Below, in pieces: positions 20,465-30,442 of a DNA stretch of 62,305 nucleotides. The translations under genes and the position numbers were made by a program. The notes under the pieces were generated by a model, which saw only the letters and a list, made by a program, of their open reading frames with translations, was not told the DNA's origin and did no database searches. Within the stretch, counting starts at the first letter, position 1. The number at the start of each line of letters is the position of its first letter. The stretch is from Pseudomonadota bacterium (GTDB lineage Bacteria; Pseudomonadota; Gammaproteobacteria; Burkholderiales; Burkholderiaceae_D): contig JAEVZY010000357.1 in assembly GCA_023392035.1 (NCBI GenBank), forward strand, positions 1 through 62,305, in the 5' to 3' direction.

Positions 20465-23400
20465 TCGAATCCCTGGTACGCGCGGCGCTCAACCAGCGCC
20501 TGGTGGTGATTGTGCTGGCGGTGGTGGCGCTGGCCTTCGGCTTGCGCGCCACGCAAAAGCTTTCGGTGGACGCCTTTCCCGACGTGACCAATGTGCAGGT
20601 GCAGGTGGCCACCGAAGCGCCTGGCCGCTCCCCCGAAGAAGTGGAAAGACTGGTCACCGCGCCGATTGAAGTGGGCATGACCGGCCTGCCTGCCATGACG
20701 GAAATCCGCTCGCTCAACAAGGCGGGGCTGTCGCTGATCACGCTCGTCTTCACCGACCAGACCGATGTCTATTTCGCGCGTCAACTGGTGATGGAGCGGC
20801 TGATCGAGATCGGGCCGAAGCTGCCTTCCGGCGCGGTGCCGGTGCTGGGGCCGGTATCCACCGGCCTGGGCGAGGTGTATCAATACACGCTGGAGCGCAG
20901 CGACGATGGACAGCGCAAGCTCAGTGCCGATGAATTGACCCGCCGCCGCAATATCCAGGACTGGGTAGTCAGGCCGCTGTTGCGCTCGATTCCCGGCGTG
21001 GCCGAGATCAATTCGCAAGGCGGCTACGTGAAGCAGTACCAGGTGCTGGTGAACCCCGAGAGATTGCGTCACTACGGCCTGTCATTGCAGCAGGTGACGC
21101 GGGCGCTGGAACTGAACAATGCCAACTCCGGCGGCGGCGTGCTGCCCCAGCATGCCGAACAATACCTGATACGCGGCGTAGGCCTGATTCGCGATCTGGA
21201 AGACATCAACAGCATCGTATTGAAAGAAATCGATGCGGTACCGGTCACCATACGCGACGTCGCCGAAGTGACTCTGGGCCATGAAGTGCGCCAGGGCGCG
21301 GTGGTGAAGAACGGCGTCACCGAAGCCGTGGGCGGCATCGTCATGATGCTGCGCGGAGGCAATGCCAAGGAAGTGGTATCGCGCATCCAGACCCGGGTGG
21401 CGGAGATCAATGCGCGCGGCATGCTTCCCGAGGGCTTGAAGATCGTGCCGTATTACGACCGCTCGGAACTGGTGGACGAAGCGCTCAAAACCGTGGTCAA
21501 GGTGCTGATCGAGGGCGTGATCCTGGTGGTCATCGTGCTGTTCCTGTTCCTCGGAGACGTGCGCTCTTCCCTTGCGGTGGTGGCCACGCTGGTGTTGACC
21601 CCGCTGCTGACCTTCATGGTGATGAACCGTTACGGCTTGTCGGCCAACCTGATGTCTTTGGGCGGTCTTGCGATTGCCATTGGCCTGATGGTGGACGGAC
21701 CCGCCGTGGTGGTGGAAAACGCCTATGCGCATCTGGGCCGCAACAACCATGGCAAGAGCCGGTCACGCGTGATACTGGCTGCCGTGATGGAGGTGGCCAC
21801 GCCCGTGATTTTCGGTATCGGCATCATCATCCTGGTGTTTCTGCCGCTGATGACCTTGTCGGGCATGGAAGGCAAGATGTTTGCGCCGCTGGCTTACACA
21901 ATTGCCATTGCGCTGTTCATCTCGCTTCTGCTGGCGCTCACACTCACGCCCGTGCTTTCCTCGTGGTTGCTGAAAAGCCGCCCGCCCGCAGCAGAACATG
22001 ATGCCCACGCCGAGCATGAAACGCGGCTGATCGCGGCCATGAAAAAGCCGTACAAACCGGTGCTGATGCGGGCACTGGCGGCGCCGAAAAAGACTTTCCT
22101 CGCCGCCTTTGCCGCCTTCCTCGTTTCCCTGGCGCTGGTGCCCTTCCTCGGCACCGCCTTCATCCCGGAAATGCAGGAAGGCTCGATCGTCCCCGGCATC
22201 AACCGCGTGCCCAATATCTCGCTGGAAGAATCGATCCGCATGGAACAGGAAGCGATGCGTCTGGTGATGACCGTGCCAGGCGTGAAGTCGGCGGTGTCCG
22301 GCGTGGGCCGGGGCGAGTCGCCCGCCGACCCGCAGGGCCAGAATGAATCCACGCCCATCGTCAGCCTGAAGCCGCGCGACGAATGGCCGGACGGCTGGGA
22401 CCAGGAAACCATCGCCGGAGAAATCCGCAAAAAATTGATGGCCCTGCCCGGCGTGCAAGTCGTGATGGCACAACCGATTTCGGATCGCGTGGATGAAATG
22501 GTGACCGGCGTGCGCTCCGACGTGGCGGTGAAAGTCTTTGGCGACGATCTGGCCGTGCTGAAGAAAAAAGCCGAGGAGATCGAGCGCGTGGCACAGGGCG
22601 TGCAAGGCGCCTGGGACTTTCGCATCGAGCGCGTGTCGGGTCAGCAGTATCTTTCCATCGACATCGACCGCCAGGCGATTGCTCGCCTGGGATTGAACGT
22701 GGCCGATGTGCACGAGATGCTGGAGACCGCAGTCGGCGGGCGTGCCGCGACTGAAATCTACGAAGGCACGCGCCGTTACAACGCCGTGGTGCGCCTGCCC
22801 GAGAAATTCCGCAACAACATCGATGCGATTCACGACCTGCTGCTCACCACGCCGCGCGGCCTGCAAGTGCCTTTGTCGAGCGTGGCCCACATCACGGTGG
22901 AAGACGGCCCGGCGCAGATCTCGCGCGAATCGGCGCGGCGCCGCATCGTGGTGGGCATCAATGTGAAGAATCGCGACCTGGGCGGCTTCGTCGCCGAGCT
23001 GCGGCAGAAGGTTGAGCAGACGGTGAAGATGCCCGAGGGTTACAGCCTGGAATGGGGCGGCCAGTTCCAGAACATGGAACGCGCCCTCGGCCATCTGGCT
23101 CTGATCGTGCCGATCACCATCGGCGCCATCTTCTTCCTGCTGTTCCTGCTGTTCGGCTCGCTGCGCATGGCGATGTTGATCATCATGGTGCTGCCGATGG
23201 CCTCGATCGGCGGCGTGGTCGGCCTGTTCGTGGCGCGCGAGTACCTGTCGGTGCCGGCCTCGGTGGGCTTCATTGCGCTGTGGGGCATCGCGGTGCTCAA
23301 TGGCGTGGTGCTGGTGTCCACCATCCGCAAGCTGCGCCAGGAAGGCGTGGCGCTGGCCGAAGCCGCGCAGCTGGGTGCGCTGCTGCGTTTCCGGCCAGTG

Positions 23401-23640
23401 ATGATGACGGCCACCGTTGCCATGCTGGGCTTGATTCCTTTCCTGTTCTCCGATGGCCCGGGTTCGGAAGTGCAGCGTCCGCTGGCGGTGGTGGTGATCG
23501 GCGGCCTGATCACGTCCACGCTGTTGACCCTGGTGGTGCTGCCGGCGCTGTACCAATGGTTTGACGACCTCGGCCCGGCCAAGCCCGATGAGCGGGACGG
23601 CTATACTGCGCAGGTTCAAACCGAGAAGGAGCCTGCATGA
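20461..23640 (+). CDS. CusA/CzcA-family heavy-metal RND permease (system 2)
   Basis: 1059 aa; VDAFPDVTNVQV, NLMSLGGLAIAIG, RFRPVMMT and GSEVQRPLA motifs. Confidence 0.95.
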   Translation: MIESLVRAALNQRLVVIVLAVVALAFGLRATQKLSVDAFPDVTNVQVQVATEAPGRSPEEVERLVTAPIEVGMTGLPAMTEIRSLNKAGLSLITLVFTDQTDVYFARQLVMERLIEIGPKLPSGAVPVLGPVSTGLGEVYQYTLERSDDGQRKLSADELTRRRNIQDWVVRPLLRSIPGVAEINSQGGYVKQYQVLVNPERLRHYGLSLQQVTRALELNNANSGGGVLPQHAEQYLIRGVGLIRDLEDINSIVLKEIDAVPVTIRDVAEVTLGHEVRQGAVVKNGVTEAVGGIVMMLRGGNAKEVVSRIQTRVAEINARGMLPEGLKIVPYYDRSELVDEALKTVVKVLIEGVILVVIVLFLFLGDVRSSLAVVATLVLTPLLTFMVMNRYGLSANLMSLGGLAIAIGLMVDGPAVVVENAYAHLGRNNHGKSRSRVILAAVMEVATPVIFGIGIIILVFLPLMTLSGMEGKMFAPLAYTIAIALFISLLLALTLTPVLSSWLLKSRPPAAEHDAHAEHETRLIAAMKKPYKPVLMRALAAPKKTFLAAFAAFLVSLALVPFLGTAFIPEMQEGSIVPGINRVPNISLEESIRMEQEAMRLVMTVPGVKSAVSGVGRGESPADPQGQNESTPIVSLKPRDEWPDGWDQETIAGEIRKKLMALPGVQVVMAQPISDRVDEMVTGVRSDVAVKVFGDDLAVLKKKAEEIERVAQGVQGAWDFRIERVSGQQYLSIDIDRQAIARLGLNVADVHEMLETAVGGRAATEIYEGTRRYNAVVRLPEKFRNNIDAIHDLLLTTPRGLQVPLSSVAHITVEDGPAQISRESARRRIVVGINVKNRDLGGFVAELRQKVEQTVKMPEGYSLEWGGQFQNMERALGHLALIVPITIGAIFFLLFLLFGSLRMAMLIIMVLPMASIGGVVGLFVAREYLSVPASVGFIALWGIAVLNGVVLVSTIRKLRQEGVALAEAAQLGALLRFRPVMMTATVAMLGLIPFLFSDGPGSEVQRPLAVVVIGGLITSTLLTLVVLPALYQWFDDLGPAKPDERDGYTAQVQTEKEPA

Positions 23641-24239
23641 TTTACGAACTGAGCACCCTCACTTCCGCGCCGGCGCGCCTGAAGGAAGTGATCGATGCCG
23701 TCAATGCCGCTGCCGCCAAAGTCCCCGCCGAACTGGTGGCGGCCTGGGTGAGCGAAGTCGGCCAGATCAATGATGTGCTGGTGCTGCGCCGCTATCCCGA
23801 TGGCGGCCAGGCCAATGAAGTGAAACCGGGCGGCGGCAACTGGCTCGATGCGGTGCTGCCGCTGCTGGCGGGCTACAAGGTGGAAACCTATCGCCTGCTG
23901 CCGGGGATGCCGGCGCCGGCTGCCGGCGCGCATGGCGCCATCCACGAGATGCGCACCTATGTGTACCGCCCCGGCATGCTGGATGAATTGATCGCCACCT
24001 GGACGCCGCCCCTGTTGAAGCGGGTGGAAATATCGCCCGCGCCCCTGGTGATGTATTCGGTGGGTGGGCACGCCACCAAATTCATTCACCTGTGGGTGTA
24101 TCCCTCGTACGAGGAAAGGCTGCGCATCCGCGCCGGTGAAGTGGCCAAGGGCACTTGGCCGCCGCCCGGTGGCAGGAATCGCTGGCTGAGCCAGGAGAAC
24201 GCGCTGTTGGTGCCGCTGGCTTGCTCGCCGATGAAGTGA
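23637..24239 (+). CDS. NIPSNAP family protein
   Basis: Two NIPSNAP-like halves (MIYELST; IHEMRTY...HLWVYPSYEER); AAGGAG RBS; ATGA overlap. Confidence 0.85.
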   Translation: MIYELSTLTSAPARLKEVIDAVNAAAAKVPAELVAAWVSEVGQINDVLVLRRYPDGGQANEVKPGGGNWLDAVLPLLAGYKVETYRLLPGMPAPAAGAHGAIHEMRTYVYRPGMLDELIATWTPPLLKRVEISPAPLVMYSVGGHATKFIHLWVYPSYEERLRIRAGEVAKGTWPPPGGRNRWLSQENALLVPLACSPMK

Positions 24240-24251
24240 AGCTTCTGCGCG

Positions 24252-24273
24252 GGTCGGGCTGCAAAGCCCGACC
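24252..24273. repeat. Perfect 9-bp stem-loop (terminator- or REP-like)
   Basis: GGTCGGGCT-GCAA-AGCCCGACC, just after the NIPSNAP stop and between convergent genes. Confidence 0.5.
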
Positions 24274-24317
24274 TGATGCGCCCACATCAAATTCCCCAGG
24301 CGCTGTAGCGATTACTA

Positions 24318-25442
24318 CTATTTAAGGTACTCAATTGTCTTGAGCGCCGGATGGTTCAGTTGAGTCTGCTCGAGCGCCTGCTTGAGCGGTTCAAGCGGAA
24401 AGTCGCCCGTTATGCGGAGCCGCAAGAAAGCCAGCTTCGGCAGACTTGCAATCAGTGCGGGCAATCCTGAGAGATCAGTCGCGGCATCGGCACCGATGTA
24501 CAAAAGCAGGCTGTCCAGAGTCGACGCTTGGCTCATGTTGGAAAAAATATCTTTCAGCTCCAATCCCTGGGGGAACGACAGCGACAATGAGCGCAATCCC
24601 TCAGTAGAAAAAAGAGCTTTTCCCAGAGACGGCAAGGAATCATCGTCGATCCCCACGCCAACGGAGATCGTCCAACTGCTGACAACCGCCTGACTCTCTA
24701 CGACGCGGTCGAGCCATTCAAGTTTATCCTGGCCGTCGAGAAAAATAGTGAGCTTCATCTCGCCCTTGCCATAGGCTTTCAGATCTTTCGCCAGACCTGA
24801 AATATCGCAGTTGACGCCCCCAAACATGGTGATGGTTACGGGCGGGCGATTCAGACGGTCTGCATGGCGGCGCAAAAATCCGCTCAGCAAACCCAGGTTC
24901 TCCTCGTTGTATGGGAAAGCGCCGGAGAACCTCACCTCCAGCCGCATGAAGGAAAAGGTCTGGAATGTGCTCTCCAGGAACGCCTTTGCAAGCGTCCCGC
25001 CCAGCTCGCTCAGCTCGATCGTCACACTGTTTTGCACCAGGCGCTGAAGGGCAGCGGCAATTTTCTGGTCCGAATTTTCATCCGGCTTCGTATTGAGAAG
25101 CCGGCGCGCAGCTGCACTGACCTGGCTGTCATACGGGCGAAAGCGCCCCGACCATTCCAGAGAATGCATCATTGACTTCACCCAATTCAGGCACTGCCTG
25201 CTCACCAGACTGATGGTCTTGACATACCAGACCTGAGCTTTGCCCGTGGTGACGGCCGTTTCAGAGGCATTCGGAAGCGGGAGCGCGAGACTGATAATTG
25301 GCAGCAGCACATCGTCAGGCAAGCTGCGCTCTGAAACGATAGGGGCGCCTGGCACTGCGCTTGAATTGCTGCTCTGGTCTGGAGCTTGTCTGTGGCCACC
25401 GCTTTTCACGGTGGAGTTTTCGGTGGAATTCGACCCGTACAT
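24318..25442 (-). CDS. Hypothetical protein with degenerate leucine-rich repeats
   Basis: 374-aa ORF with less GC-biased codons; LRSLSLSF, LDSLLLYI and LAFLRLRI repeats; Ser/Asn-rich N-terminus. Confidence 0.6.
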   Translation of the reverse strand: MYGSNSTENSTVKSGGHRQAPDQSSNSSAVPGAPIVSERSLPDDVLLPIISLALPLPNASETAVTTGKAQVWYVKTISLVSRQCLNWVKSMMHSLEWSGRFRPYDSQVSAAARRLLNTKPDENSDQKIAAALQRLVQNSVTIELSELGGTLAKAFLESTFQTFSFMRLEVRFSGAFPYNEENLGLLSGFLRRHADRLNRPPVTITMFGGVNCDISGLAKDLKAYGKGEMKLTIFLDGQDKLEWLDRVVESQAVVSSWTISVGVGIDDDSLPSLGKALFSTEGLRSLSLSFPQGLELKDIFSNMSQASTLDSLLLYIGADAATDLSGLPALIASLPKLAFLRLRITGDFPLEPLKQALEQTQLNHPALKTIEYLK

Positions 25443-25543
25443 ACCTGGCCTCGGCGCGATGAATGAGAGGCCACTTAGTAACGAAATCAGAGTGCCCGTT
25501 CGGTGCGCAAGCTAGCTGAAGGGCCAAACCAATTTGAAGATCG

Positions 25544-25999
<456 letters not shown>

Positions 26000-26017
26000 G
26001 GAATCTCCCTGTATTTT

Positions 26018-27130
26018 TTACTCGCCCTGGCGAAAGCCCGGCAGGCTGGCAAAACGCGCGAGATGGTGATCGGTATCGCCCAGCGACAGTTCGATCATGG
26101 TCAGGCGCTTGAAGTAGTGTGACGCCGGCAGTTCATCGGTGACGCCCATGCCGCCGTGCAGTTGCACCGCCTGCTGGCCGATGAAGCGCGCGGCCTGGCC
26201 AATGCGCGCCTTGGCGGCGCTGGCGTAGCGCATGCGCCAGGTGGCATTGGCCGAATCGACATGCACCGCCACCAACGTTGCCATGGAACGCGCCTGCTCG
26301 GCATGGATCATCATGTCTGCCATGCGATGCTGCAGCGCCTGGAATTTACCGATTGGCACGCCGAATTGCTGGCGGGTCTTGAGGTACTCCAGCGTGGCGG
26401 CATTCAAGGCGTCCATCGCGCCTACCGCTTCGGCGCACAGCAGCGCGATGCCGTAGTCGACGCCGGCTTCGATCAGGTCCAGGCCGCGTCCGAGCAGATT
26501 GCCGGTATCGACTTCCACCTCGTGGAAGTCGATGTCGGCCGCGCGCTGGCCATCGATGGCCCGGTAGTCACGCACCAGTACGCCACGCGCGTCCGCCCTC
26601 ACCAGGAACAGCGCCGGCTCGTTATCGAGCAAGGCCGATACCAGCAGCATTTCGGCCTGGCCGCCATGCACCACCACTGACTTTGCGCCGTTGAGGATAT
26701 AGCAGCTGGGACCTTTCACGGCTGTGGTCTTGATGTCGGCAAGGTCGTAGCGTGACTGCACTTCATACAGCGCCGAAGCCAGCTTGAGTTCGCCGGCCGC
26801 CACCTTCTCCAGCAGGGTTTCGCGGCCGCCCGCCAGGCGCAGGAAGCGCGCGCCCATTACGGTGGCGAAATACGGTTCCACCAGCAGCGCGCGACCCATC
26901 TCCTGCATCACCACCATCATGTCCACCGCGCTGCCGGAGAAGCCGCCCTGGGCTTCCGGCACCGGCAAGGCGGTCACGCCCAGCTCCACCAGCTTTTCCC
27001 ACACTTCGCTTGAAGTGCCGGTGTTGGAGTGGATGATCTTGTTGCGGGCCTCGAAGGCATAATCCTTTTCCGCCCAGCGCCGCAAGGAGTCGGCAAACTG
27101 CTTTTGCTCTTGGCTCAGGTTGAAGTCCAT
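26018..27130 (-). CDS. Acyl-CoA dehydrogenase, small subunit-type
   Basis: RQQFGVPIGKFQALQHR and QLHGGMG motifs. Confidence 0.92.
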   Translation of the reverse strand: MDFNLSQEQKQFADSLRRWAEKDYAFEARNKIIHSNTGTSSEVWEKLVELGVTALPVPEAQGGFSGSAVDMMVVMQEMGRALLVEPYFATVMGARFLRLAGGRETLLEKVAAGELKLASALYEVQSRYDLADIKTTAVKGPSCYILNGAKSVVVHGGQAEMLLVSALLDNEPALFLVRADARGVLVRDYRAIDGQRAADIDFHEVEVDTGNLLGRGLDLIEAGVDYGIALLCAEAVGAMDALNAATLEYLKTRQQFGVPIGKFQALQHRMADMMIHAEQARSMATLVAVHVDSANATWRMRYASAAKARIGQAARFIGQQAVQLHGGMGVTDELPASHYFKRLTMIELSLGDTDHHLARFASLPGFRQGE

Positions 27131-27137
27131 GTTCGGC

Positions 27138-28334
27138 TCACAGTCCCAGGATCATCTGGCTGATGATGTTTTTCTGGATTTCGTTGGACCCGCCATAGAT
27201 GGAGGTCTTGCGGAAATTGAAGTAGTAACCGGCCACCGGCGCGGCATCGTCGTCGCCGGTGATGGCATGCTCGGTTTTGCCTTCCAGGTAGTTGCGATCG
27301 AAAGGCAAAGCCATCGGGCCGACCGCCTCCACCATCAATTCGGTCAGGCCTTGCTGGATTTCGGTGCCCTTGATCTTGAGCATGGAAGCTTCCGGCCCCG
27401 GGCCGCGGCGCGTGCCTTCGGCCGACACCACCTTCAACACCGTGATTTCCAGCGCCATCAATTCGATTTCCAGCGAAGCCACCTTGGCCGCGAAAACCGG
27501 ATCCTCAATGATGGGCCGGCCATGCTTCATGTGGGTATTGGCCAGGCGCTTCAGAAACTGCAGTTCGCGGCGCGAGCGGCCGACGGCGGCGATGCCGGTG
27601 CGTTCATGGCCGAGCAGGTATTTGGCGTAGGTCCAGCCCTTGTTCTCTTCGCCGATCAGGTTCTCGACCGGCACCTTGACGTTATCGAAGAACACTTCGT
27701 TCACTTCGTGTTCTTCATCCAGCATGATGATCGGGCGCACGGTGATGCCGGGCGACTTCATGTCGATCAGCAGGAAGGAAATGCCTTCCTGCTTGCGCAC
27801 ATTGGGGTCGGTGCGCACCAGGCAAAAGATCATGTCGGCATATTGGCCGAGCGTGGTCCAGGTCTTCTGGCCGTTGACGATGTAGTGGTCGCCCTGGCGC
27901 TCGGCGCGGGTCTTGAGCGAGGCCAGGTCGGAACCCGAGCCCGGTTCGGAGTAACCCTGGCACCACCAGTCGTCACAGGCCAGGATGCGCGGCAGGTAAT
28001 GGCGCTTTTGCGCCTCATTGCCGAAGGCCATGATGACCGGCGCCACCATGTTGACGCCGAAGGGCAGGATGGGAGGCGTACCGGCGCGCGCGCATTCGTC
28101 ATCCCAGATATGGCGCTGCACGGCATTCCAGCCGGTGCCGCCGTATTCCACCGGCCAGTTGGCGCCGACCCAGCCCTGCTGGTTGACGATCTTGTGCCAG
28201 CGCACGTAATCGTCCTTGGAGAGGCGTTTGTGATTGAGGACCTTGTGCTTCAGGTCAGGCGGCAGATTGGCATTGATGAATGCCCGCGCCTGATCGCGGA
28301 AAGCCAGGTCTTCTGCGCTGTATTCGAGATCCAT
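27138..28334 (-). CDS. Acyl-CoA dehydrogenase, large subunit-type (PimC-like)
   Basis: WCQGYSEPGSGSDLASL and SIYGGSNEIQKNII motifs; tandem pair typical of heteromeric ACADs. Confidence 0.93.
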   Translation of the reverse strand: MDLEYSAEDLAFRDQARAFINANLPPDLKHKVLNHKRLSKDDYVRWHKIVNQQGWVGANWPVEYGGTGWNAVQRHIWDDECARAGTPPILPFGVNMVAPVIMAFGNEAQKRHYLPRILACDDWWCQGYSEPGSGSDLASLKTRAERQGDHYIVNGQKTWTTLGQYADMIFCLVRTDPNVRKQEGISFLLIDMKSPGITVRPIIMLDEEHEVNEVFFDNVKVPVENLIGEENKGWTYAKYLLGHERTGIAAVGRSRRELQFLKRLANTHMKHGRPIIEDPVFAAKVASLEIELMALEITVLKVVSAEGTRRGPGPEASMLKIKGTEIQQGLTELMVEAVGPMALPFDRNYLEGKTEHAITGDDDAAPVAGYYFNFRKTSIYGGSNEIQKNIISQMILGL

Positions 28335-28463
28335 TCGTCCCCTCTCGCTTGTGGAATAGCACGACCGTTCGTCGGGCGATTATACAGCGCTCGCGCGGCG
28401 GCGCGGAGGCGGGGCGCAGGCGGCGCCGCGCCCTTTTCTTGCGGCGGGGCGATTCGGCTGGAT

Positions 28464-29006
28464 TCAGTTGGCCTGTTTCAGGCGCTGCGGCGTGAGGTGA
28501 ACCACCTTCTCGCCATTGCCGACCCACAGCTCGCCTTCCTGCACCGTCACCTGCAGTTGCATGCTGCGTTCGGCCAATGCGGCGAGCGCGGCGCTTTCTT
28601 CGGCGGGGATCTTCCAGACCTCCAGGTTGCGGGCCCGGGTCAGTTTGTTTTCCAGGCCCTTCCACCAGATGTCGCAGCTGTTGCTGTAGGCATAGACCAC
28701 CACCTGCGCAGCGCGGCCGCTGGCCTTGAGCAGGCGCCGTTCGTCCGGCTGGCCGACTTCTATCCACTGCTCGATGGCGCCGGTGAGATCGCGCCGCCAG
28801 ATGTCGGGCTCGTCCTCATCCGACAATCCACGGCCGAAGGCCAGGTTTTCCGCGGCCTGGCAGGCGAAGGCGAGGACGCGGATCATCATCCTTTCGTCGG
28901 TTTCAGAAGGATGGCGGGCGATGGTGAGGGAATGGTCGGCGTAGTAGCCGCGGTCCATGTCGGCGATTTGCAGATTGGCTTTGTAGATGGTGGATTTGAG
29001 CGCCAT
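28464..29006 (-). CDS. yaeQ: YaeQ family protein
   Basis: MALKSTIYKA...ARHPSETDERMM...WIEVGQPDE. Confidence 0.93.
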   Translation of the reverse strand: MALKSTIYKANLQIADMDRGYYADHSLTIARHPSETDERMMIRVLAFACQAAENLAFGRGLSDEDEPDIWRRDLTGAIEQWIEVGQPDERRLLKASGRAAQVVVYAYSNSCDIWWKGLENKLTRARNLEVWKIPAEESAALAALAERSMQLQVTVQEGELWVGNGEKVVHLTPQRLKQAN

Positions 29007-29134
29007 GGCGGTGCGAAGCGTTGCGGGTGAGACCGGAAAAGGCAGCAGTGTGCCACGGCGCAATGCGTTGCGCGCGGGACTTGAACTCCAGAGGGAGTTT
29101 TGTCGATCTGGACCCCGTCTGGCACAGGGCCGCA

Positions 29135-29150
29135 TGATAGAATCGCGCCC
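29135..29150 (+). promoter_or_regulatory. Extended -10 promoter with GC-rich discriminator, likely for tRNA-Leu
   Basis: TG-A-TAGAAT followed by CGCGCCC, as in stable-RNA promoters. Confidence 0.6.
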
Positions 29151-29182
29151 TTGCTTGCCGGGCGGAATTCAGCTCCGTCCAC

Positions 29183-29345
29183 AGGAGCCTGCGCGGCAGA
29201 AGGCGGCGAAGCGAAACCGGCGAAAAACGAGGGCAGTTTGTCGGTCCCGACAAGCTCAGGGGGGCCCCCTGAGCGCCGGAGGGAGCGGCAAAATGGACCG
29301 TTTTCTCGCCGGTTGCAGCCGCCGCCTTCTGCCGCGCAGGCTCCT
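29183..29345 (+). repeat. Long imperfect inverted repeat / candidate structured RNA
   Basis: 29183-29208 is the exact reverse complement of 29320-29345; further inner pairing and an apical hairpin. Confidence 0.85.
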
Positions 29346-29347
29346 AT

Positions 29348-29440
29348 GCCCGAGTGGTGAAATTGGTAGACACAGCGGACTTAAAATCCGCCGCTTACCC
29401 GAGAGGGGGCGTACCGGTTCGATTCCGGTCTCGGGCACCA
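29348..29440 (+). tRNA. tRNA-Leu (anticodon TAA), long variable arm, encoded CCA
   Basis: GCCCGAG/CTCGGGC acceptor stem, GCGGA-CT-TAA-AA-TCCGC anticodon arm, GGTTCGATTCC T-arm, ACCA end. Confidence 0.96.
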
Positions 29441-29538
29441 GAAGGGCGCTGAAGTCCGATATCCTGCTCAAGCGCAACGAGCGCTTCCGGAACGGTATTT
29501 ACCATACGGTTCTACCAGCCCACTCCCGGACGCATGCC

Positions 29539-30372
29539 ATGAATCCCGTCATCATCGCCGTCGCCATTACCGGTTCAGTTCCGCGCAAGAAAGACAATCC
29601 CGCTGTTCCGGTCACCGTATCCGAGCAAATCGAGTCCACGCATGAAGCTTATGAAGCGGGGGCGACGCTGGTGCATATCCATGTGCGCAATCCGGACGAG
29701 AGCTCGTCCTCCGATCCTGCGCTGTTCGCGGCCGTGCAGGAAGGCGTACGCAAGCACTGCCCTGGCATGATCGTGCAATTTTCCACGGGCGGGCGCGGGC
29801 GCGACCAGAATGCGCGCGGCGCTCCGCTGCATCACAAGCCGGACATGGCGTCACTGGCGACAGGCAGCGTGAATTTCCCGAGCATCATTTATGAGAATGC
29901 GCCGACGCTGGTGGATCAGCTTGCGGCCACCATGAAAGAAAACGGCATCCTGCCCGAGATCGAAATCTTCGACCTTTCGCATCTCTACGGCATGAAGCGC
30001 CTGATCGATGAAGGCTTGATCAACGAGCGGCCCCACGTGCAATTCGTCATGGGCATCAAGAATGCGCTACCGGTCGAGGAGCATCTGCTGGATCTTCTGC
30101 TGGGAGAACTCCGGCGGCTTGCGCCCAAAGCCACCTGGACCGCGGCCGGCATTGGCCGGCACCAGCGCGAGGTCATCGAATGGGTACTGCAGCGCAAGGG
30201 TGACGCCGTACGCACCGGGCTGGAAGACAACATCCGCGTCAGCCGTGACAAGCTCGCATCGGGCAATGCGGAACTGGTGAGAATCGCCGCCGAAATGTGC
30301 GCGCAACATGGCGCCCGCCCTGCCACCCCTGCCGAAGCCCGGGCGAAGCTCGGGCTGCCGGGTCGATTCTGA
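29539..30372 (+). CDS. Beta-keto acid cleavage enzyme (BKACE/DUF849)
   Basis: AITGSVP, VHIHVR, STGG and RTGLEDN motifs. Confidence 0.92.
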   Translation: MNPVIIAVAITGSVPRKKDNPAVPVTVSEQIESTHEAYEAGATLVHIHVRNPDESSSSDPALFAAVQEGVRKHCPGMIVQFSTGGRGRDQNARGAPLHHKPDMASLATGSVNFPSIIYENAPTLVDQLAATMKENGILPEIEIFDLSHLYGMKRLIDEGLINERPHVQFVMGIKNALPVEEHLLDLLLGELRRLAPKATWTAAGIGRHQREVIEWVLQRKGDAVRTGLEDNIRVSRDKLASGNAELVRIAAEMCAQHGARPATPAEARAKLGLPGRF

Positions 30373-30442
30373 TCTCGGGGTGGCATTCCGAGTAGCGGCC
30401 AATGTTCTATTAATGGAGATTCGGGCGATGTAAGATCGCGGG

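Noticed and set aside
29415..29440. tRNA 3' end as an att site of an intact island
   Set aside because: No second copy spotted by eye and no integrase in the window.
28987..29538. N-terminal extension of the BKACE ORF through the tRNA
   Set aside because: Overlaps yaeQ, the hairpin and the tRNA; family similarity starts at ATG 29539.
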